Below are positions 27,801-39,800 of a DNA stretch of 64,000 nucleotides, piece after piece (the stretch's first letter is position 1; every line of letters begins with the position of its first letter). This DNA is from Lama guanicoe (Eukaryota), in NCBI GenBank assembly GCA_013239625.1, contig MU053557.1:3750123-3814122 (forward strand), given 5' to 3'. The notes under the pieces are model-generated. The model had not been told where the DNA came from, did no database searches, and worked only from the letters and a program-made list of their open reading frames with translations. A program made the translations under genes and the position numbers.

Positions 27801-30800
27801 CAAATGAAAGATGGAAAACTTATTTGCACCCGAGAAAGTGACCCTGTCCGGGGCCCAGATGGCAAGACACATGGCAATAAGTGTGCTATGTGTAAGGAAA
27901 AACTGTGAGTATTTTTTCAAAAATGGGCCTCAAATTGTGAACCTTAAAGTAAATAATCATTTCTCATCAATTTGAGAAAATGAGTTTTTGTTTTTTAAAG
28001 CATATCTAGTAATTAATGAGGTGTTTGTTCACTTTGTTTGAAATGTTTCTTCCCATTTTTTTCCCCCTAAGGGAAAGGGAAGCAGCTGAAAAAAAAAAGA
28101 AAGAGGAGGACAGCTTGAGAAATACAGCCGCAAATGACGATGAAAAACAGGTAATGTCGGTTAGACATCCTTATACTTAAATTTGGGTGGTTGGTTGTAA
28201 GATTGATTCATTCAACAAGTATTTATGGAATGCCTACTCTGTCCCCGTCATTGTGGACTTAGTGAGAAACAAGCAAGACATGCCAGATCTTCAAAGAAAC
28301 AGCACGGAATTCAGTGCCCTAAGAGCAACTCTGATGCAAGTACCACACATTTGTAGGAACAGTGGCAGCTGTCAAATTATTGCTGGTGTCAGATACATTT
28401 TTTTCCTGAAGTTTTAAAACAATTAGGCAAACAGATTCCAAAATTACAAACAAGAAAGCAAGTATCAAAAACTTGGAGGTCCAGATGATAAAGTCTTGAC
28501 TTGGCATTCTAGTGCCATCTTGTGCTCAACTTGGGGTGTTAAACATAATGTTCAGGGCTTTACAACACCGACACACAGACTGCGACACAGCACGGTCTCT
28601 TCTAATCCATTTATGGACTTCAGATAAAAAAGTAAAATAGTAAGAATTTCCCCAGGGAAGTTTTCCCATGAATGAGGCAACTTTTCATCAGTTCTGTACT
28701 GACTAAACAAACTGAAACACTAAGAGTAATTATCGTTTTTAAAAAAATATGTTGGGAATATCTGATGTGCATTTGGGTAGATGAAGGGCTTTGAGAAAAG
28801 ACTGTTGTACGACTTCCAGTGATCTCTACTGGCCATCTATTCAATTTATAATCTTGGTTGATTTTTTTTTTCAGCTTTTTAAATAAATATTTAAAAATTA
28901 AAGATTTTAGGAATTTCAAACAAGATAAAACTATGTATGTATAGAAAATACCTAGATTTTTTTTGTGCACATGGCAAAAAGAAAGCTAGTCTGATCTGAT
29001 ATGCAAAGTAAAGCGAGCTTTACAAAGCACGTGCACCGTCATATTGAAACCCGCCCAACATCTATGCAGTAGGTGGTACTGTTCCAATTCTACAGCTGAG
29101 AAACTCAGAGAAGTTAACTACACATAGATAACAAATAGAAGAGCCAGAGATTTGTACCCATAGCGAAGGCTGCAACGCAGGCAGATGAGTGCTGTCATAA
29201 ACATATGTGTATGGGGTATTTGGGGTGCCTGGAAAAAGAATTCTAGTAACTTCTAAAAATGACAGCGTTGAGATATTTAGTATGGTGATCAGGTATTCAG
29301 TTCCAGAGAACTGTAGAAATGCTACAGACAAAAGTAGGTCTGGAGTCATTCATGGGTATCACAATTTAAAGAAAGGGAAACTACAGTCTCGGTTACAGTG
29401 CTTTTTAAGGTGCTCCTCCGTAACTCTGCTTTGGCTCTTTGAGGTTAGGAAGGGAGTTTAAGACAAACTTCTTTGGATGTCCGAAAATTCCAACAGAGGT
29501 CAACGCCTGTGGACCCTGTTCCATTGCTTTCTTTTTTAAGGTTCTTACTTTTCAATAAATGAAAAGGGCAGCTCCGTGTCCTCCCTGATGTATAAGAGTC
29601 TTCTCTGCCATGTTAAGGCAAAGAAGGCGAGACGTAGAGCCTGATTGTTAGCAGGTTTCTGATCACAACCCCAACATTGACTCTAATTACTTATTCTCTC
29701 TGAGCTTAATTTTTCTCATCTGTAAAATAGGGATAACGAGTGTTTACCTTACAGGTTTTTTAATGACAACCAAATGAAATGCATTAGAGCACACAACAAA
29801 GTGCCTGGACTATTATACAGATTTGGTTTAAATTTTTTAAAAAAATTTGTTCTCGAGGAATAAAGCTAAAACTTTACATGTCTACATGTCTCGCCAAAAG
29901 AGTGTCTTTCAGTTCTTTCCACAGCTTTTTTATGTGTGGAGGAATGAGTAGAGGTGCAGGGAGACTGGTTTGGGGTTCAGCCTAATGAATATTGTATGAA
30001 AATGGTACAAGCTGCCTGAGGTGGCAGTGAAATTCCATTGTGGCAAGACAGTTATTTGAGAAGGATGCTACAGAGAGGAGTCAAGCTTCTTAAACAGACA
30101 TTGAATACAGGGCCTTTCAAACACATTCTATCTCTAAAATTTTATTTTCTCTAGGTTTTATTTTCCTCCTCAAGTGTTGTGAGCTTATATCTAATCAACC
30201 AATCATGTTTTCAGTTTTAAAGATCAGACTATCATAGTAACACCTTGCTTTGTTCCTGTTGGCAGGATCAGTGTCATGAATTCCGGGACAAGGTGATAGA
30301 GGGAAGAGGTCTTGCCTGCACCAGAGAAAACAACCCTGTTCGTGGTCCAGACGGCAAGATGCATGTCAACAAGTGTGCTATGTGTCAGAGCATCTTGTAA
30401 GTGAAGAAGAGGTCCATCAATCAGTTTAATAAGTTGTGCCTGTTTGCCAGAAAATAGTTCCTCTTAATCTAAAACTTAAGGCACTTGGCTTCACACATTA
30501 AAAAATACAATAATGGCGCCCTACTTGAGAAGAGAACAGTAAGTTTCCAAAGTACTTTCCTAAGGAATTTATATTTTGATGATGAGAAGCATAATAATAC
30601 CTGGAGCATCTGGGATAGGAAGACAGCTGCTGGGTCATGCCAAGATCATCAACTTTCCAAAAGGAAGCTTATCAGAAAATTAACATGGGGCAGGCCGGGT
30701 CACTGTGCAGAGCCTCAGTCCCTCTTGTATATAAGAGACTAATAACTATGCAATACTGTTTTTGTAGGGATGTGAAGAGAGAATTTTTTTAATGTTTATA

Positions 30801-33800
30801 AACTTTAAAGCATAACTATGTAAAGAACAATCCATCCTGGAGAGCTCCATTTTAATTTAATTAAAAAATTGAAAAAGGAGAAATGAAGCAACTTCTCTAT
30901 ATGAAAGCCATAAATAGGAAAAAAATAATGGCCTTTTAAATTTATATAATTCTGCATGACAGGATAGTAACTGGATTTATGAAAGGTGATAGCATTACCA
31001 CAAATGTATAATGAAAACGCCAACAGTCAAAATTCATTTGGTAAAGTATCTTAGATTTCTTTTCAGATACAAGAAAACTTTGTTAGATACTGTAATGTTT
31101 AAAATTGGAGAAATACTTGGTAAAAAAAATTGGGCAGAAACTATGGAAGAACTACCCTATCTTTTTTTAAATTCTGCAGTGAGCGAGAAGCTAATGAAAG
31201 AAAAAAGAATGAAGGCGGAAGATCAAATGCAAGGCCGTCAAATGATGCAAAGGTTATTTCCTAAAAGATACGAAGATAACTATTTTACTGTTCATCCTCA
31301 GATTCCTGCATTCTCCTCCACTTTTTGGATAATAAAATTGCTAATCTTCTGCTTCAAAGAAAAGTGGTTTTGCCAGTCTTGTTCACTTTGGGTTATAATG
31401 AGATTTATTTTCTGGTTTCGAAGTTTATCGTTTTTCTCAATTTTATAGAGACTTCTCCTGCAGTGTGTGTCGAATATTGCTTTAGTCTCTCCTCTTTGGG
31501 AGAAATGTGGATTGAAAAATAGTAAAATTTTTTACCACCTCAACTGCACGCTTGCGTCTGACACTTTAAATGTGAAACGAGGCTTCAGGTAGCTTGTTGA
31601 CACTGACTTTAATAATTCAGGCAAAATAAACAAGTCTCAAAGCCTCCCCTTTGGTGTCTCTCCTTGATGTCCTTTCCATTTTCTCCAGATGGCTCTCTGA
31701 GCAACAACGGATCAGTAGCAGCATGCATGAAGCTGCCTTTTCTATTTGCTCATGAAGACCTCAAAGAAGACATCTTCAACCAGTCCTCTAAGAGTGATGA
31801 TCACATTTGCAGAGTTAGATTCCTGTGAGATTGTCCTTTGGTCAAGAGTACATACACCTCATGTAGAAAATGGGGAAAATGAAGGATTGATAGAAAGGAC
31901 GAGAGAGACGAGGAGGTCTATCAAGTATTGTTTTGTGTTTCCCTACATTTCCAGCACCAGAGCAGAGAGGTTCGGAATGAAGCGGAGGATGGGAGTTTAG
32001 ACTGTCTGGGTGTTCCTTGGCCTCCACTGCCAGGATGAGTGCAGTGAGTCTGAGTCCAGAGCCAAGAGAGGGCTTCCTGAAACCAACTTTGAGAAAACCA
32101 CCAAGCCAAGAAGGGAAAAGCCATGCCCACTGCCCCTTTCTCATTTTCTAGGATGAGTGCAGTAACTTCCGCAAGTACGCAAGGAATGACGAGCTTGTGT
32201 GCACTCGAGAGAACGACCCCGTGCGCGGTGCCGATGGACAGTTGTATAAAAACAAGTGCTACATGTGCAGAACTATCTTGTGAGTAAGAGGGTCCTGAGC
32301 CCCCAGCTAGAGGGGGAACTGCATTTTTAGAGACTGTTGATTAAATAGACATGTGCTCATGCATCCATGGGGGCCTTGAACCAAGTCTTTAGATGCAAGG
32401 CTCTTAAGTTAAAAATACCTGCTATAAGAGAAAGCAAGCTTGGACTGGAAGACGGAAAATCCAGACGTAAGTTCCAACCATGATATTTACTAGCTGTGTC
32501 ACTTAAAAAATGTTTTGTATTTTTTTAACTCTCAGGTTCATAGTTACAGGAAGTTGTTCCAGATCTTCACTCCACAACTAGATCAGACTCAACAGAAAAG
32601 TCAAACACACACGCACACACACACACACACAGATTTTCTATCTCAAATTTTTATACGTCTGGAGTCAGGGTCTCCAGGACTAAGGAATTTGTTATTTTAG
32701 AAAGAGTTTCTAGTTTATTCTGATGAACAACCATATTTGGGTATGGCAGATGGTGATGATGATGGTTGTGGAAAAACACTATGAAACACAATAATAATAA
32801 TCAGTATTTTTTTTTTAGCTCCTCGAAGTATGTTCCTTGAGGTAGGAATTACCAATACTACCCTCTTTTTATGTTCCAGGAAATCTAAGTTCAAGGAATT
32901 TAAACCACTTGTTCAAGGTCGCACATCTATTAAGCGACAGGAGTGCTAAGCCAGCTCGAAGCTATGTACTTTTCTTAACATGTCATCCTAATCATGCTCT
33001 CACTGAATGTTCTGTGGTTCCATCGTATTTCATTAGAACTGCTTAGCTTTCCCCGGAAGTTATAGGAGCTAGCCTTTTTAGCTGTAAATTTAAAATACTT
33101 TTGTCTTCTTCTCTAGTCGAAAAGAAGCTTTGGAAATGACAAGCATTCAAGAAAGGCCATCCCACGTTAGATCTTCTGAAGGGGAAGACAATCCAGATTC
33201 TTCCGTTAGGTCTCTGGTAAGAAAGGCGACTTCTAAAAAGTTACTTAATTCACTTATTTTAGGGGGCCTGTTGCCACTTGCTCTCCATAAACCTCATTCC
33301 ATGTGAAGGTCGGGGAAAGACTGATTCAGAGCAGCCTCAAGTCCTTTGAGGCTTAAGTGGAGTTCATGCTTAGTAACTAAGAGTTCTGGGATTATTCATT
33401 GGTGCATAACTCTGTGCTCCTTGAGATTACTGGCCTGCTCCAAGCGAATTTAATACACTTTTGAAATTTTAAAAAGTGGGTATATAATGAATGTGACTTA
33501 TGGCACATGTGGTCACATTAGCAGTTAGGAGCCTCAATTCTGTAATTTCAGCAGACCAGAAAGGCTCCTCACCCAGCTGCCTCTCACTCCCCCTCTAAGC
33601 CTGGGACACTCTGCTAAACATATTTATACTTGGAAAATTCCACCAATGAGCAATTCACAGTAGTTCAAACTTTTTATTTAAAATGTAGGCTGATGGCCAT
33701 CAGTAACGTGTACCTTGGTGTCACTGAACCTAAATGGGATTGCTTCTTTAGAGCTTTACCAAAGTCAGTAGAGAGAAGGAAAGAGGATACGAGAGCATAA

Positions 33801-36800
33801 GGATATTCATTCACGAAGCACAATCTCCGATTGGGCCCCAGAAGGGAGACTCTAGCACCTAGTCTGATAACCCAACAAGGGAGAAAGACAGGTATAAAAA
33901 AATGATTATTTTTCCAAATCAAATAGGATAATAGATGAGTTACACTAGCGAAATGTATACTAGTTACATATTTCTAGTCAATGAGGCACTACACTAGGGA
34001 TCCCCCAACATGGAGGAGAGCTGTTCACACAATCTGTTACCCTGCCCCTGGCTTTACTGAGCTATATAGTTGACATATAACACTGTGTAAATTTGTGTAC
34101 ACACACTGATTTTGCTCCCCTTAAAGACTGCAAAATGATTACCACTATAGTGTTAGCTAACACCTCCATCACCTCACATAATTACCATTTCTTTTTTGTG
34201 GTGAGACTATTGGAGTATACCAACTTTTGAGTATATCACATAGTATTATTACTATAATCACCAGACCATATATTAGAGTCCCAGAACTTACTCATCTTTT
34301 AATTAAAAGCTTACACCCTTTGACCAATGTCTCCTCATTTTCTCCAGTCCCATCCCTACCACCATTCCACTCTGTTCTGTGAGTTTGGCTTTAGATTCCT
34401 CATGTAAGTGATATCATGCAGTATTTATCTTTGACTTCTTTAACTTAGCATAGTACTCTCAAGGCTCATCCAAGCTGTCACTAATGGAAGGACTTCCTTT
34501 TTCATGGCTGAATAATATTCCTTTGTGTATATATGTGTGTGTGTGTGTATCTTGGCTACTATTAATAGTAAAGTTTGTTATTTTTTAAAAGCATTTTACT
34601 GAAGTAAAATAGCCACACAGAAAAAATGCACATAAGTGCACTGCTAAATGAAATATTACAAAGTGATCACATCTGTGGTATTAATACGTATGTGAAGAAA
34701 TGAGAGAGTACCAGCACACCAGAAACCTCATGCTTCCTCCTGTATTATCTGGTTTTGAGCCGAGCTTTCTCTTGAAGAGAACTACACTCAATATTCACTT
34801 TGTCATTTATTTAGCCATCATTTATGGATTCTACAAGTATTTCTTGAGTACCTACTACTTTTCAAGCATTACTATGTATATGAGAACAATAGCCACAAAC
34901 AAAGCAGAACTCTCTACACTTACAGAGTTTCTATTGGAAGAACAAAGGTAATAGATGATGTGAATAAATAAAATATAATAGCAAGGGGGAAATAAAATAG
35001 AAAAATGATACAGTAAATGGTTGTACAGGAAAGAGCTGTCTTCACTATTTATTCACACATGACTGAGGAAATCAGAAGTGTTTCCCAAGCCCGTATCTCT
35101 TGAGTGCCATTGAGTGAATCTGCTTTATGTGTTGCTTGTTCAGGATGCTGCCATGTGCAAACACTACAGAGTACTGCCCAGGATGGGTTACCTTTGCCCA
35201 AAGGACTTACATCCTGTCTGTGGTGATGATGGCCAGACATACAACAACCCCTGCATGCTGTGTCACAAAAACCTGTAAGTATACAAGTCGAATGATTCCG
35301 TCCTCCAGTGTAGAGGTTCTTGAAGACAGTACTGCCCCACAGTAGCGTACTCATATAAATTTGAGGTGTGTTGCAACCAATTTACTAATCATAGCAGTTA
35401 TGAATGATCTTGTTCACGCATAAAGCAGAGGATCTAAGGTTATCCCTTTAATAAGACTGTTCCTATACTTTACTGAATGGAAGAGAAAGGAAAAAGTGGT
35501 GGGGTGACAATCATTAGAGAAAATCTCGCTAAGCCCATGTGCACCCATGGGAGTGTGAACGTCATCTGTCCTCTGTGTAAAGAGAAAACAGTTGAGAATC
35601 ACTGCTATACAGAGTCAGCCCAGCCTCTAATCTCTAACGGGCCTTATGACTACCCGATAGTCACAGACTCCCTATGCCCCCAAGTCTCCTTAGAGCAGGA
35701 AGTGCTAACAAGCAAAAAAAAAGCACAATGGAGCCGGTGGCAGGCCTGGTGTCTGTTCTCAGCTTCATTCTAATCTGTGCGTCTGCGGGCATATTATCTC
35801 ATCATTCTGAGATTCAGTTCCTTCATTGGAAAACTGGAGACGGTTCTCTTAGCCAGCTGACATCACAAGATTATTAAGAAAAATTACTATTATTCTTTTA
35901 GTTAAATACAAGGGATTTGTTTGAATACTTTCATTACTGGTTGCAGATTTGTTGGTGCTTTTCTGCTCAGACGCTATTTTACCCATTCACGTTCCTCACC
36001 TTTCCCCAGCCTCCATCTCCCCAGCTTTAAATGAGAGCACGGCGGCACATCTTGACTTTCCTGCCCCACCCAACCCAGACTTGCAGCACAGTCCATGAGT
36101 GTTTGTTCTCTCTCTCTTAGGATACGATAAGCAAGGCCCAGAAATTGAGGATGGGCCTGTTATCCTGATTTTCAATCCCAGAAAAATATTTGAGTTTACA
36201 TTTATTTTCTTTTAAATCAAAGAACTCACAAAAGAAAAAGCCATCGATATACGTAGTTCATATACGTAGACTAAAATCTGAATATGCGTGCTTTATATCA
36301 TAAGTAAGACACTTTCATATTCACAGTTTCACTGAATCCTCACTCCTCACTATGCAGTGGCAATATCTTCATTGTACAGAAAGTGAAACTGAGGCTGAGA
36401 GACTCCAGGTAATTTGTTTAAAACGGCAAAGCTAGGAAGTAGATCAGACAGGATTTTAACCTTGTTGACTTGGGTGTAAATTCAGTTTTCTTTTCTCTCT
36501 ACTACACTATTGTTATATCCAAGGCAGTAGTTTCTTAAACATTTGGGCGTCAAAGATTCCTTTGATAATATGGAGAAAGTTATCTCTTCACAGACAAGAA
36601 AATGATGAAACATTAACAATTTGTATACACAAGGACTGTGGGTACATAAATCTCTGGAAATCCATATGTGGATTATAGAATTTTAAGATTTAAGGAATTG
36701 TTAATTCTTAAATATCTTAAATGTTTAAGGAATGAGTACACCCACTCATGAATTTGTTACTATATATACCTTATTTTCAGCCTAGAAATCCTCCAACTTC

Positions 36801-39800
36801 TCTTCATTGTAAATGTCAGGCCTAAATTTTCCACCCAACATTCTTTACACATTCTGCTAACCATATGACCCACAATGGGTCATACTCTACTCAAGGGAAC
36901 TTTAGCAATTTTACTAATTTCAGAAATGCACATGAAAAAATACTGATGAAGCATGCCTCAGGATGGATTGTTTGGCTAAAGGAACTAGGAGTATACAGAG
37001 AAGATTCAGGCTGTCTCATGGAAGAGGGAACATGACTGGTTTCTGTGGTCTCAGAGGAAGCGATAGGGAAGCAGTTTCACCTTGAGCGATGATCAAGAAC
37101 AAAATCAACTGCCTTGATAGACAATGAGTTTCCCACCACCAAGGCAAACAAGTAGATATTTGATATATAATTTTTTTTAGAGAATGGCATTAAAAGTCAT
37201 ACCTTTTAAGATTCTTTCTATCAAATTCAACTTTACGATAATGTATTGCTATATTTATTATATACAGAGAATTTATATATACTTATATAAAATATATTGC
37301 ATTTTATAATCCCCAAGTCACATTACAGATATCCAGCAAAGTCAAACTTCTCTCTGGGATCCAATTTTCCCATCTTTAAAATAATGGCCTTTGGACTAGA
37401 CGAGCTCCAAGTTTATTTCCAACATTCAACAATTCCATGAGTGTACAGTTGAATGGGTCCAGGCCTGGGGCACAAATGAGGAGTTAAATCAGAAGAGGGA
37501 GAAGAAACCTGAATGATGCCTACCAGAAAGTAGCTGAATACAGATCCCAGCCCCTACCCCTAATTTCAGTTCTGGTTTTTGATGCCCAAATGGCACTCAT
37601 ATTAATCCTTCTTTTTTTCTCATTATAACAAAGTGTTCCCATCTTTGTTTTAGAATATACCAAACTAATACACACATACGCAGTGAAGGGAGGTGTGAGG
37701 AGAATGGCATCCCAGAAACAACACCGGTCAGCCTGCCCGCATCTGTAAGTACGCCGGCGTCCGTGGTTACCGCGTTAGGACCAGCTGGTTCTGCTTCTGT
37801 ACTCTTGTCCTGAGTGATGGACATATCTCTGACCAGGAAAATCATACCAGGTCAGGTAACCCTAGAATTGGTCACATCTTCATTGTGAAGATAACTAAGT
37901 AATTACTAAAATATGTAGGAACAGAAATACAGTCTTTAACATTTAAAAATATTTACTGGGATCATTAACAGATTAAGTGCAGTGTCCATAATGTAACACT
38001 GTTGCAGAATAAGTTTTATTTTCTGTGACCTCCAATAAAAAGATGAGACAGAGACCAAGAGAGGTCAGTGACAGAACTGGACTGAAACCATTTCTGTGTA
38101 GCCCCCACACATCCTTGTGCTTTGCATTGTTACCCAGCATGAAAAGTTGACCTTTTCATTTAACTCCCTACAAGGATGTTTCCACACACATTACAGTAAC
38201 CCTACCTTATCTGAGGTTTTACTTTCCATGGTTTCAGTTACCTAAGGTCTGAAAATATTACGTGGAAAATTCCAGAAATAGACAATTCCTAAGTCTTAAA
38301 CTGCATGCTGTTCTGAGCAGCGTGACGAAATCCTGCAGCGCCCCACTCTGTTTCTCCTGGGAAGTAAGTCATACCTTTGTCCAGTACATCCCGCCTGTCA
38401 GTCGCTTAGCTGTCATCTACGTTATCAGATTGACCGCTGTGGTAGTGGAGTCTTTTGTTCAAATAACCCTCATTTTACTGACTAATGCCCCCAAAGTGCA
38501 GGAGTATTGGTAATGGAAATTAATGTATGCCAAAGACGCCAAAACGTTCTTCCTTTAAGTGCAAGGTGAAAGTTCTAGGTTCAATAAGGAAAAAAACCCA
38601 TATGCTCCGGTTGCTCAGGTCTTCAGTAAGAATGAATCGTCTATCCATGAAATTATGAAGAACAAAAAAGAAATTCATGCTAGTTTTACTGCCACACCTC
38701 AAACTGCAAAAGTTACAGCCACAATGGGTGATAAGTGGTTAGTTAAGATGGAAAAGGCTTTAAGTCATGTCTGGAAGACACAAACGGAAAATGTGTTTTG
38801 ATTTGTGCGTGTTGCACCAAAAAGCATTGAGCCTAAACGAGGACTTTGGCAAGGGATCCCTGGAAATTAGTGACACCAAGCCATTTGCTGCAAGTAAAGA
38901 ATGGTTACACAGATTCAGGGACAGATTTGGACTGAAAAGTGTAGCACTTAGAAAGACTGCATCTGCCAGCGAAGCAGCTTTGGCCACATTTCCAGCAGAA
39001 TGGAACAAGTTGATTAAGGAGAAAAGATACCATCTAAATCAAGTCTTCAGTTACAGTGAGACCAAGCTCCTCTGGAAAAAGATGCCCAATAGAACCTACG
39101 TTTATAAAAGTGCAAGGTCTTAATGCTCTCATTAAGCACCAGGGCATAAAACATGAAATGACACATTCACTCTGGTACTATGACAAGGTAACGCTGTAGA
39201 GCACATGATTAAGCCAGACATGGTGTAAAGAGTGAAGGACCACTTGCTCTCAAAAACAAAAACAAAAATTATCACCCATGTACTGGTAAGACTCTGAAAG
39301 GGAGGGTGACAGCCATCTTGTTCATGAAATGGTTTCACCAATGCTGCATCCCAGAAGTGAAAAAATACTTGGAAGAGGTAGGGTTAGAATTTAAAGTCCT
39401 TTTAATAATAGACAATGCACCTGGCCATCCTGAATCTATTTGCTATGAAAATGAAAATGCTGAGGTTGTATTTTTTACCTACAAATAGAACTTTACTGCT
39501 TCAGCCCCTTGACCAGGGCATCATTGAGTCTGTCAAGACCACATACACCTGCCTGGTATCTGGTCACTTTTTATCAGCAACTGATGAAGACCCTACTCTG
39601 GACATAATGCAGTGCTGGGAATCATTTACTACTGCTGACATGATAACATTCATCAAAGCTGCAATGGATCGATTAAAACCAGTGACTGTAAATAACTGCT
39701 GGAAACATTTATGGAGTGAAGTTGTAATGATTATAAAGGTTTCCCAAGGATCAATGGAGAAGTTAGGAAAATCATTCATGGGGCGAGACAAGTTGATGGG

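Noticed and set aside
31011..31448. 145-aa ORF spanning SPINK5 exon 28
   Set aside because: Different frame from the exon, AT-rich intronic composition, no recognisable domain.
700..32279. Regularly recurring ~128-nt repeats as a CRISPR-like or novel repeat array
   Set aside because: They are the duplicated Kazal-domain exons of SPINK5; the sequence is eukaryotic with no cas genes or repeat-spacer structure.
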